From positions 60,581-124,580 of the IMG/VR virus record IMGVR_UViG_3300028048_000080: a stretch of 64,000 nt of DNA; one strand, written 5' to 3'. The stretch comes from a virus. Lineage: Duplodnaviria > Caudoviricetes. A program made the position numbers and the translations under genes. The notes under the pieces were generated by a model that saw only the letters and a list, made by a program, of their open reading frames with translations, did not search any database and was not told the origin of the DNA. This document shows positions 37,641-45,392 of the stretch, piece by piece. The stretch's first letter is position 1. The number at the start of each line of letters is the position of its first letter.

Positions 37641-38620
37641 TAGTTAAGTTATTTCCCGGGAAAGGTAAGCAGTGGACAATAAGTCCAGTTCTTTTTTCGA
37701 GGCATAAGATAAGCCATTGATTTATTTGGTAGTGTTATTAGCCTAGTTAATTTTCTACTAGCACTACCAGATACATCAATGACTTTGAGAGGGGATAACG
37801 ACCCTTCTTATTCTCGCGGCGCATACCCTCAAACTATTTCCTCGACCCTACCACTACCTAAGGGACGCTTCCAGTATATCCAGACATATAGGGGAGCGAA
37901 GCGACCGACTGAAGCGTAAGCGTAAGGAGGGAGCTGTTAAGAAGAATGGTATATATCATAGAGTTAACATTCTTCTTTTACCCGTAGGGTTATTCTTATT
38001 AATAACGTACTATAACCCTCCAACCTAAAAAAGGGTATACTACGGGCTTTTATAATCTTTTTTATCGGTATCTCGAGGTTACGTTATTTTCGCGGCGGAG
38101 AAAGCTTACACTCTGTATACGGTTCTCTCAGTAACTCTATATGGGAAGTTCTTCTGCTGCGTCCTATCCAAGAGTGCATTGCCCGACTTGCGACGAGGGT
38201 TTTCTTGAGTTATCCGCGGCACTTCGCACTGGATCGCCTGGAACCTCGAGAGACATTCAAGACTCTCGCCAAAACCTATTTACTCGTGGAAGGTTGCCGC
38301 GATTGATTAATGCTGCCGATCATAAGTAAGTTTTGGCGGCAACCGTAGAGGATTGGGGTGCATACTTTCTTTAAAGAGAAAATATCTGTCATCGTATATC
38401 TAAGATAACAGATACAAAAGAGAAAAAACTGTCATAGATCACATAAGCTCGTACCCGAAGGTCGCCAAACTTCGTTTGGCTCTGAACAACTCCGGGTACG
38501 AGCCGCGTATCTCAGATCTCATATCGATCTTACGATGAATCTATTACCGCCTAAAAATAGCTATATTACATTCCGTAGAAAATTTTTTATAAATTTTTTT
38601 TCGTAGAAGCTCTTAGACCC

Positions 38621-38649
38621 TTGCAGGCTCTTAAAGAAGATAGTATACT
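38621..38649 (+). promoter_or_regulatory. sigmaA-type promoter with AT-rich UP element
   Basis: TTGCAG-17bp-TATACT; A/T tracts at 38578-38601. Confidence 0.7.
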
Positions 38650-38690
38650 GATTAAGAGATTTTAGTTAAGACTAAAGGAGAATATTCATT

Positions 38691-38876
38691 ATGGCCAAAT
38701 GTCCGAATCCATTGCGTAACCTAAAGAAGTCGGCGGCGAAGAACCATTCTTACCAGCCGCGCACTTACTATAAAGGCATAGATATAACAGAGTATAACTA
38801 CCGTCCTCCTACGGACGAGGAACTGGATACCTTCTTGAGACGAGTAGGTTTTCTTCCTAAGAGCATAGTATGGTAA
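38691..38876 (+). CDS. Small hypothetical protein
   Basis: AAAGGAG RBS downstream of the promoter. Confidence 0.65.
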   Translation: MAKCPNPLRNLKKSAAKNHSYQPRTYYKGIDITEYNYRPPTDEELDTFLRRVGFLPKSIVW

Positions 38877-38904
38877 CGTTATACACTATTACAATAGAAG
38901 GAAA

Positions 38905-39099
38905 GTGAATAAGATCATGACTACTATCCATTTCGCGGGCAAAGAATACCGGTTGTCGCCGGCAACGCCTTCTTATCAGCCCGTCGACCCCAGTGAAATA
39001 GTAATTAATGAATATGAGACTATTAACGGTGCTACGGAAGATACTAATAACGTTATTTCTTTTAAGAGATTGTACGGATATGAGCGTACGCAGCCTTAA
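38905..39099 (+). CDS. Small hypothetical protein
   Basis: AAGGA RBS, GTG start. Confidence 0.55.
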   Translation: MNKIMTTIHFAGKEYRLSPATPSYQPVDPSEIVINEYETINGATEDTNNVISFKRLYGYERTQP

Positions 39100-39422
39100 A
39101 TTACGATTATGCTTCTAGAGCTTCTCAGACGTTAATCGTTTTAACCCTACGGGTACCTACCCATGCTTCATATAAGAAACTCATCTGAGAGCTTCTAAAT
39201 GGTTAAATCTATAAAACGTAGAACGTTAGCATTATAGCCCAGTTTTATCTCTAGCGATTAAGATGAATGAAATCACGCTTGTCAGTGATAAGAGCCATTT
39301 TAACTCGTAGAAAGAGCGTACGTGGAAATTAGAGACGGTTTTGAACCCGTAGGGACGTTTTGACGAAAACGCTTAAAATTCATGAGTTTTTATACATGGA
39401 CCAGGTTTATACGGAGAATAAG

Positions 39423-39494
39423 AAGGTTAATTGGATAGCTTTGGAAGGTTTGTAGGGCTCATATAAAGGTTTATTGGATAGTTTTGGAAGGTTT
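39423..39494. repeat. 29-bp direct repeat x2 (2 mismatches, period 43)
   Basis: aaggttaattggatagctttggaaggttt at 39423; aaggtttattggatagttttggaaggttt at 39466. Confidence 0.85.
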
Positions 39495-39766
39495 ATTCAC
39501 GCCCGTTTCAACGATTTGAGCATCAGCGGGCGGCAAATACCTCACGTTAACAGCCTTCCGACCGGATAGAATCTATATTCTATAAGAAAAACCACATTTC
39601 TCGCCACGTACGCTGCTTCTAGGAGCGTTCTTGGATGGATATAATAAGTTACCCTCTAACACGAGCTATATAACGTTAGAGGCCGTTATAAGACTACTAC
39701 TACCGTCCTCACGATCATAACCAAAATGACGGATAAAGGGAAGGAGGGGGTAGGGGGAGGATAGGG

Positions 39767-39887
39767 CTAATCAACTCATACTACCTACTTTCACCCATCA
39801 TACCTACTAACTCATCATTTTTCAATTTATCTACTAAACCGTTACTACCTACTTTCCATCCTACCAATAAACCCCTTTATAGGGGGC
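39767..39887 (+). repeat. G-depleted tract 2 ending in the 21-bp motif
   Basis: One G in 39767-39881; ATAAACCCCTTTATAGGGGGC at 39867. Confidence 0.85.
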
Positions 39888-39928
39888 AGGGTAAGAGATA
39901 GAAAGATAGAAAAAGGAGCATACTTATT

Positions 39929-40141
39929 ATGGCTAATGAATATTTCGTGACCTACTTCGATAAAGAAAAGAATAAGAAAGTTGATTTAGGTCCCAGGAAG
40001 TTTTACGGGGATGACTGGAAAGAAGACGAAGGTTTCTCCAGTAAGGATGAGGCAGAACTGGCTATGGGCGCCGCGAAAAAAGCTGCCGTAACGCATCATG
40101 CCTACGGCGGCAATACCCATTTTATTATCACCCGTAGGTAA
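39929..40141 (+). CDS. Hypothetical protein
   Basis: AAAGGAG RBS. Confidence 0.7.
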   Translation: MANEYFVTYFDKEKNKKVDLGPRKFYGDDWKEDEGFSSKDEAELAMGAAKKAAVTHHAYGGNTHFIITRR

Positions 40142-40198
40142 GTAATAAGAGAGATAAAAGAGGGAGAAAATTAAGAACAGGAAAGGTGACAGAATATT

Positions 40199-40543
40199 AT
40201 GCCTATAACTTTAGCGGAAAGAATAGATGAGCTTAACGACTTAATCGAAAGAGTTAAGTCGAAGCAGGAAAGTTTAAAAGCCGCCGCCGAAAAGATGGAA
40301 ACGCTGCAGCGCGCAATTGACTATCTGGATAAAGAGGTGGAAGGCGAAGAAATTCCGGTTAGTACTACTGAATACGGATATCAGGGAGTGGGCGGCTACT
40401 GGGTATGTGATGACCTTCCCGTTTCTAAAGAGGGCTTTATTGAGTTCTTGAAGAAACAGAAAGAAGAATACCGCGCCGCCGCCGAAAAACTGGTTAATGA
40501 ACTGAATGAGGCCATGGATGGTAACAGTTATAAGGAAAGTTAA
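40199..40543 (+). CDS. Coiled-coil hypothetical protein
   Basis: RBS; heptad pattern. Confidence 0.7.
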   Translation: MPITLAERIDELNDLIERVKSKQESLKAAAEKMETLQRAIDYLDKEVEGEEIPVSTTEYGYQGVGGYWVCDDLPVSKEGFIEFLKKQKEEYRAAAEKLVNELNEAMDGNSYKES

Positions 40544-40567
40544 GCAAGAAAAAAGGAAGTAAGGAAA

Positions 40568-41125
40568 ATGGAAGAAGAAAAGAAAGTCATAAAGGAACTT
40601 AAGAGACTGGAACGTAATACGAAGAAAACCTATTCATTAAAGGAACTGGAGAAGATCAAGGTAGACGATATCCCCTTTCGGCTGGAACGTACCAGAGAAT
40701 GCGTCAAGCATAATAAAGGAGAGAACGCTAGGGACGTAGCCTTAATGCTGCCGGGTTACTTCATGACTTGGGGCGCTTATATATTAAGAGATGTATGGCG
40801 CACGTTCTTTTATCATTATGGCCGCGACTTAATGGAAACCCACTGGAGAGAGTACGGTAGAAGATACTGGCATATAACCGGTTTAGGTATAGAGCAGGCT
40901 AGAGCTATTAAATGCTTCGATGAAGGTACTAAGTTCGAGCCTATGCCTTACGAGCTGTTCGAATTATACGGTGAAGTATGGAAACATCAGCACGTATTGG
41001 ATGAAATGTCCAGATTAGGGGTGGAGGCGATGACTAAGCCCGCCACCGAGCTAGAGAAATCCATCAAGAAAGTGAAAAGATGGTGCGAAGATAACGACTA
41101 TCATAATGGACTGAGATACCTATGA
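40568..41125 (+). CDS. Hypothetical protein
   Basis: RBS; part of an operon. Confidence 0.7.
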   Translation: MEEEKKVIKELKRLERNTKKTYSLKELEKIKVDDIPFRLERTRECVKHNKGENARDVALMLPGYFMTWGAYILRDVWRTFFYHYGRDLMETHWREYGRRYWHITGLGIEQARAIKCFDEGTKFEPMPYELFELYGEVWKHQHVLDEMSRLGVEAMTKPATELEKSIKKVKRWCEDNDYHNGLRYL

Positions 41126-41454
41126 CGTTAAGAGAATACTACAAATATAACGTAAGGAATAGGATAAAGAGAAGAAGAGAAGAATATAACTACAGGAAGT
41201 ATAAGCCGGGACATGGCATGGAGACAAGAGGGAGACACTACGGTTTTGCCGCCCAAATAAGATTATGCTATATGAACATTGACCGGATACGGGAAATTGG
41301 TGAAAGACACGGTGATATATCCACGATGACCAGGCCATTAACTATCGCTGAGTGGAACGCCAATCTGGAAAGATTGATGAACGAAGTGTCGAGAGAAGCG
41401 GCATTCTTCAGAAACGTACCACGCTTCGTAAACGAAGATTTAGACGGGAACTGA
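41122..41454 (+). CDS. Basic hypothetical protein
   Basis: ATGA overlap with the upstream gene. Confidence 0.65.
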   Translation: MTLREYYKYNVRNRIKRRREEYNYRKYKPGHGMETRGRHYGFAAQIRLCYMNIDRIREIGERHGDISTMTRPLTIAEWNANLERLMNEVSREAAFFRNVPRFVNEDLDGN

Positions 41455-41480
41455 AAAGAGAGAGAGGGGGTCGTGGGAGA

Positions 41481-41843
41481 GTGACTTTAACCGAGTATTT
41501 TATCGTTAACAAGATCAATACGGAAGTTCAGTGTTACAGAGGAATAGACCTTCAATGTGTGCCGCGAACGGATTATCATAAGTATAAGGCTAAGCTGTTT
41601 AAATTGAACGGTACCGATTACTCTATCTGGATACCTAATAGACACTTGGATAAGGACGGTACGTTATTTTGCGGCGAAGATATCGATTACGTATTTAGAA
41701 GTGAGCGAAATAGAGAAGCCATCATCCGCGCCGGAATTAATCCGCATATATTCGACAGGGTGCATGACATGTATCCCCGCCGCCGCGGTATCCGGGAATG
41801 GGATGAATGGGTAGACTGGGCTAACATAACAATGAACGATTGA
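41481..41843 (+). CDS. Hypothetical protein
   Basis: GTG start after a G-rich RBS; start position uncertain. Confidence 0.65.
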   Translation: MTLTEYFIVNKINTEVQCYRGIDLQCVPRTDYHKYKAKLFKLNGTDYSIWIPNRHLDKDGTLFCGEDIDYVFRSERNREAIIRAGINPHIFDRVHDMYPRRRGIREWDEWVDWANITMND

Positions 41844-41861
41844 ATAGAGGAGGAGTTAATT

Positions 41862-42182
41862 ATGATGGGACAGCAGATAATGGTATATTTAGTAGTGGCG
41901 TCCTGCCATCAGCATGAAATAGGAGAATGGATGGGCTCTGCTGAGCATGAGCACGAAATATCCACTTCCATATTGGCTATAGGTCAATCCCGTAGCTGGG
42001 CAGAGCAATTTGCCCGCGAATACGTGGAAGAACTAGGTCTGGAAGACCTGGAAGTATCAGGCTCCTATTACGAAGGAGAGCGAAATGGCGCTCGAATAGA
42101 GATAAACGTGGTGGAAGCGCCGATGGGCGACTGCCATCACCTGGAACTTCGCCGCGAGTTCGTGTCGTATCAGATAGACTGA
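41862..42182 (+). CDS. Acidic hypothetical protein
   Basis: GAGGAGGAG RBS. Confidence 0.7.
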   Translation: MMGQQIMVYLVVASCHQHEIGEWMGSAEHEHEISTSILAIGQSRSWAEQFAREYVEELGLEDLEVSGSYYEGERNGARIEINVVEAPMGDCHHLELRREFVSYQID

Positions 42183-42203
42183 TATACGGGAGGGTAAGCC
42201 AAT

Positions 42204-42599
42204 ATGATTGACCGCAAGGAAGTCAAAAGATATATAGAAAAGGCCCATAACAAGGAGCTGTTAAAGATCCTGTTATGGGTAGTAATGGAAATGGTATGGC
42301 GCTGGGATGAAGAAGACGACGATAAGAAGGAAGAAGAAGTTATATCGGCGCCGGAAATCCCGCTAGAAGACCTGGATATCAGCGTACGTACCTTCAACTG
42401 CTTAAAAAGAGCGGGCGTGGAAACGTTGGAACAAGCTTGTCTGTTGCCGCCAGAGCAGTTATGGAACATAAGGAATTTGGGGCGCCGCAGCGCCATCGAA
42501 ATAGTGCAAGTCATGAAACAAAATGGCTATGACTACGAAGGGCGCTGGAATATCGACGCAGAAAGTTATGAAAGACCTACGGTAGAAAGGAAAGATTGA
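42204..42599 (+). CDS. Stand-alone RNA polymerase alpha-subunit C-terminal domain protein
   Basis: LEDLDISVRTFNCLKRAGV...L..IRNLGRRSAIEI is the canonical alpha-CTD signature; no alpha-NTD. Confidence 0.9.
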   Translation: MIDRKEVKRYIEKAHNKELLKILLWVVMEMVWRWDEEDDDKKEEEVISAPEIPLEDLDISVRTFNCLKRAGVETLEQACLLPPEQLWNIRNLGRRSAIEIVQVMKQNGYDYEGRWNIDAESYERPTVERKD

Positions 42600-42793
42600 A
42601 ACAAAAGATGATGAACGTAATTAACAGTTTTAAGAGATTAGCTTATAGAGTACAGCCTATTTCTCATATTAGAAAGTGAGGGGCGCGTAAGGAAGGTCAG
42701 GAACGTCGCGACCAGTATTACGCATTCGAGGAACAGCTCAAGAGTGCCCGCAAGGAATTCGGTTACGAGAGCAATAGAGACTGGAAACTGTAA
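42596..42793 (+). pseudogene. Small ORF interrupted by one in-frame TGA (42677-42679)
   Basis: The frame continues protein-like after the TGA: GARKEGQERRDQYYAFEEQLKSARKEFGY. Confidence 0.45.
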
Positions 42794-43079
42794 GAGAACT
42801 CAGGGGCGGCTTACGCCGCTACCCATAAACCATATCATACCTACCAATCATGAATCCCGTTTAACGTTTACTGATACGAACGTTAGGCGGGATATCGTTT
42901 ATATTTACGAACATTGTAATGTGAAATAGCTTTTAAAAAGAGGTATAGCCTAAATAAAGCGGCGAGAATGTGAGAAAAACCGACCGTTATAACGCGCTCA
43001 GTCCTTGACATATAAGGCTTAAAGCGTATTTCGTTTTTCTTGACATTCTCCCATGATTCTTATTAAGGAGGAGCCAATC

Positions 43080-43319
43080 ATGACTAGAGAACGTGCCTGC
43101 AAGGAATTGTTTCACTTATGGGGATATGCCTATATGAGTGGCTTCCCCGAAGCCGTAAAAGAAGCCAAGATGATGGAAAAGGAGTATAGCCTTATATTGT
43201 CGCCGCGCGAAATGCGTACCATCCGTGAATGGGGATACGGCGACAGCTATGAAGCATACGTAGGAGGATTATCGGGTTATACCGAGAACGATATGCTGCG
43301 CGACGTAATGTGCGCTTAA
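43080..43319 (+). CDS. Hypothetical protein
   Basis: AAGGAGGAG RBS before ATG 43080. Confidence 0.7.
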   Translation: MTRERACKELFHLWGYAYMSGFPEAVKEAKMMEKEYSLILSPREMRTIREWGYGDSYEAYVGGLSGYTENDMLRDVMCA

Positions 43320-43333
43320 GGAGACATGAGAGG

Positions 43334-43549
43334 ATGGATAAGATTAAGAAACTGCTGCCCATGCTTTTAATAGCCATAGTTATAGGCCAAGGATATGTTC
43401 CTCAAGGAACTACCACGGCTCAAGGCAGATTGCTTGCCCGCCGCGCGGCTATAGTGGATGTCTGTCACCAGTTGGGTGGAAGCCGAGGCATCCAGATATT
43501 GGATGAGTCATTTGACGGCAAGACCTACACGGTCAAAGCCGTAAGATAA
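43334..43549 (+). CDS. Small secreted/membrane protein
   Basis: MDKIKKLLPMLLIAIVIG signal-like N-terminus. Confidence 0.6.
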   Translation: MDKIKKLLPMLLIAIVIGQGYVPQGTTTAQGRLLARRAAIVDVCHQLGGSRGIQILDESFDGKTYTVKAVR

Positions 43550-43590
43550 AGTGTTATATGTTGAGCGAAAGAAATAGGAGGAAAATCACC

Positions 43591-43971
43591 ATGGAAATGA
43601 ACGTTAACGTAAGCAAGAAAGTATTGGTTCGCTACGCAGAAGTTGTCTGCCGCATCGCCGACGAGAAGATTGACCTGGAAAAAGAAGTATGGAATAAAGA
43701 ACTTCAGGGCGATGTTAAGAAGGGGCCGTTCGCATTACGCATGTATGAATCCGTACATGAGGAAAATCGTACGGTGCATTTCGCTTACGGCCTGAACGAT
43801 GAATTCATTATGGACGTACTGGATATCGTAGATAAGCACAGCGACAGCCTGAAGTCCATCGTTAAAGGCTTTGTGGCTATCTATAAAGGTACTAAAGGTT
43901 TCGTGGCAGGCTTCACCAAGGATGTTAAGGAAGCAGCCAAGAAGTATAATGCGCCGCGAAAAGCCGCTTAA
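43591..43971 (+). CDS. Hypothetical protein
   Basis: AGGAGG RBS; ends RKAA. Confidence 0.75.
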   Translation: MEMNVNVSKKVLVRYAEVVCRIADEKIDLEKEVWNKELQGDVKKGPFALRMYESVHEENRTVHFAYGLNDEFIMDVLDIVDKHSDSLKSIVKGFVAIYKGTKGFVAGFTKDVKEAAKKYNAPRKAA

Positions 43972-44019
43972 TTAATTGATTAAGTCAAGTATATAGAATA
44001 ATCAGAGGAGGAGTTCACC

Positions 44020-44172
44020 ATGAAGAAGACTTACATATCTGAAGTATGGGGAGTAAAGCGTTCCCGGTTTTTCCGTTTTATCGGCTGCAAGAAAGCTATC
44101 TTACTGGTGGCTTCTTCTCGCCGCCGCGAAATGGAAAGAAGACTGGATGCCCGCGAGGCAGCAGTCGCGTAA
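44020..44172 (+). CDS. Small basic protein (50 aa; not in ORF track)
   Basis: GAGGAGGAG RBS; MKKTYISEVWGVKR... Confidence 0.6.
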   Translation: MKKTYISEVWGVKRSRFFRFIGCKKAILLVASSRRREMERRLDAREAAVA

Positions 44173-44192
44173 GAGAGAGGAACAAGAAGATT

Positions 44193-44642
44193 ATGAGCAA
44201 GAAGTATACTATTCAGGATTTCATGACGGGCTATAAATATGCCTATATCGCCACCGCCCGTGGTAAAAAGGATATCGTTAAATTCCAGAACACGAAAATC
44301 TGGTTTTTAAAAGCCCTGTCCGACGCCTTGGAAAAGACGGTAACGGAAGAAGAACTTTCGCGCCGCATGTTTAAGCGAGCCAAAGTAGTTCTCTCTTACT
44401 ACGTTCTGTACGAAACGGATTACGCCCGTAAGAGATATCTCATGAGTATCATGGATAGATGGACATATATGGACGCCATGTTCAATGGCGTACTGTCGCT
44501 GGAATCCATGAAACGCTGCGCTGACACACGTATGCGTAAATTGCGGGCCGACGACGCGAAAATTAAAGATTGCTTCGCGCGCTGCTTAAAGAAGGGCATG
44601 GACGTGGAAGATATTAAGAGAGCTATCAGAAAAGCTGCTTAA
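44193..44642 (+). CDS. Basic hypothetical protein
   Basis: RBS before ATG 44193; ends RKAA. Confidence 0.7.
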   Translation: MSKKYTIQDFMTGYKYAYIATARGKKDIVKFQNTKIWFLKALSDALEKTVTEEELSRRMFKRAKVVLSYYVLYETDYARKRYLMSIMDRWTYMDAMFNGVLSLESMKRCADTRMRKLRADDAKIKDCFARCLKKGMDVEDIKRAIRKAA

Positions 44643-44657
44643 GAGAAGAAAAAGTGC

Positions 44658-44687
44658 TTGCGCTAAGAGAGACGAATGTGCTAGAAT
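44658..44687 (+). promoter_or_regulatory. sigmaA-type promoter, extended -10
   Basis: TTGCGC-18bp-TAGAAT with TGn. Confidence 0.55.
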
Positions 44688-44752
44688 AATCCTTGTACGG
44701 TAAGGATTTGTTCCACTTTCGCCTCTCTTATTTTCTCTATATCTAAAAGAGG

Positions 44753-45034
44753 GTGTTGACTATGAAAAAATTAGTCTTAACTATTTTGATGTTATGCTTA
44801 CTGCAGGGCGTATGCCTGGCATCCGACTGGAGTCTTAAAGAAGAAATCTATACGGTCAAAGCTGGCGACACTATGGAAAGCATAGCCCAAGAATACATGA
44901 AAAAGAATACTTACGGCCCCAGGGAATCCCACGAGTTCATCGAAGGTATCCTGGAACTGAACAATATGAGTGTGGCCGACATTCATGTCGGCGACAAATT
45001 AAGAATCAATTATTGGATTAAGAAGGGGAAATAA
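44753..45034 (+). CDS. LysM-domain protein with signal/anchor (YneA-like architecture)
   Basis: YTVKAGDTMESIA...ILELNNM...IHVGDKLRI. Confidence 0.85.
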   Translation: MLTMKKLVLTILMLCLLQGVCLASDWSLKEEIYTVKAGDTMESIAQEYMKKNTYGPRESHEFIEGILELNNMSVADIHVGDKLRINYWIKKGK

Positions 45035-45037
45035 GAG

Positions 45038-45217
45038 ATGTTTGAGACGGTGAAAGTAAAGACAGGTGTTTGCCCCGTATGCGGTCACGCACACGGCTAC
45101 GAGAAAGAAATCAACAACGGGATGCTGGTAAATGAATACTCCGAATGTACCTGCCACAAGGCTACGTACGAAAAAGATGTGTATAAAATGCATCAGGAAT
45201 CACTGAGAAATTTTTGA
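45038..45217 (+). CDS. Small Zn-ribbon-like protein (not in ORF track)
   Basis: CPVCGH...CTC. Confidence 0.6.
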   Translation: MFETVKVKTGVCPVCGHAHGYEKEINNGMLVNEYSECTCHKATYEKDVYKMHQESLRNF

Positions 45218-45233
45218 TGGAGGAGGAACTATC

Positions 45234-45392
45234 ATGGTGAAAAAAGTAAAGAAGCCCGCCGGTAGTTACCAGACAGATAGAGCGATCAGCAAGGGCTTTA
45301 GCGCCGCCTATCTTTTAACAGCCTTGATGGGGACGGGTTCCAAGCAGGTTTCCATTGCCCGCAACTTGTGGAACCTTTTCGGTAGAAGATGA
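45234..45392 (+). CDS. Small basic protein (not in ORF track)
   Basis: GGAGGAGG RBS; ATGA overlap with the primase. Confidence 0.6.
   Translation: MVKKVKKPAGSYQTDRAISKGFSAAYLLTALMGTGSKQVSIARNLWNLFGRR

Noticed and set aside
38141-38329. 62-aa ORF with CPTC
   Set aside because: No RBS; lies in the structured non-coding block.
37546-39928. tRNA, tmRNA or hammerhead ribozyme
   Set aside because: No T-arm/cloverleaf or CUGAUGA...GAAA core found by eye.
42204-42599. Calling this rpoA
   Set aside because: Only the CTD is present; no assembly domain or ribosomal operon context.
43006-43070. Two TTGACA boxes as sigmaA promoters
   Set aside because: No good -10 at 16-18 bp spacing for either.
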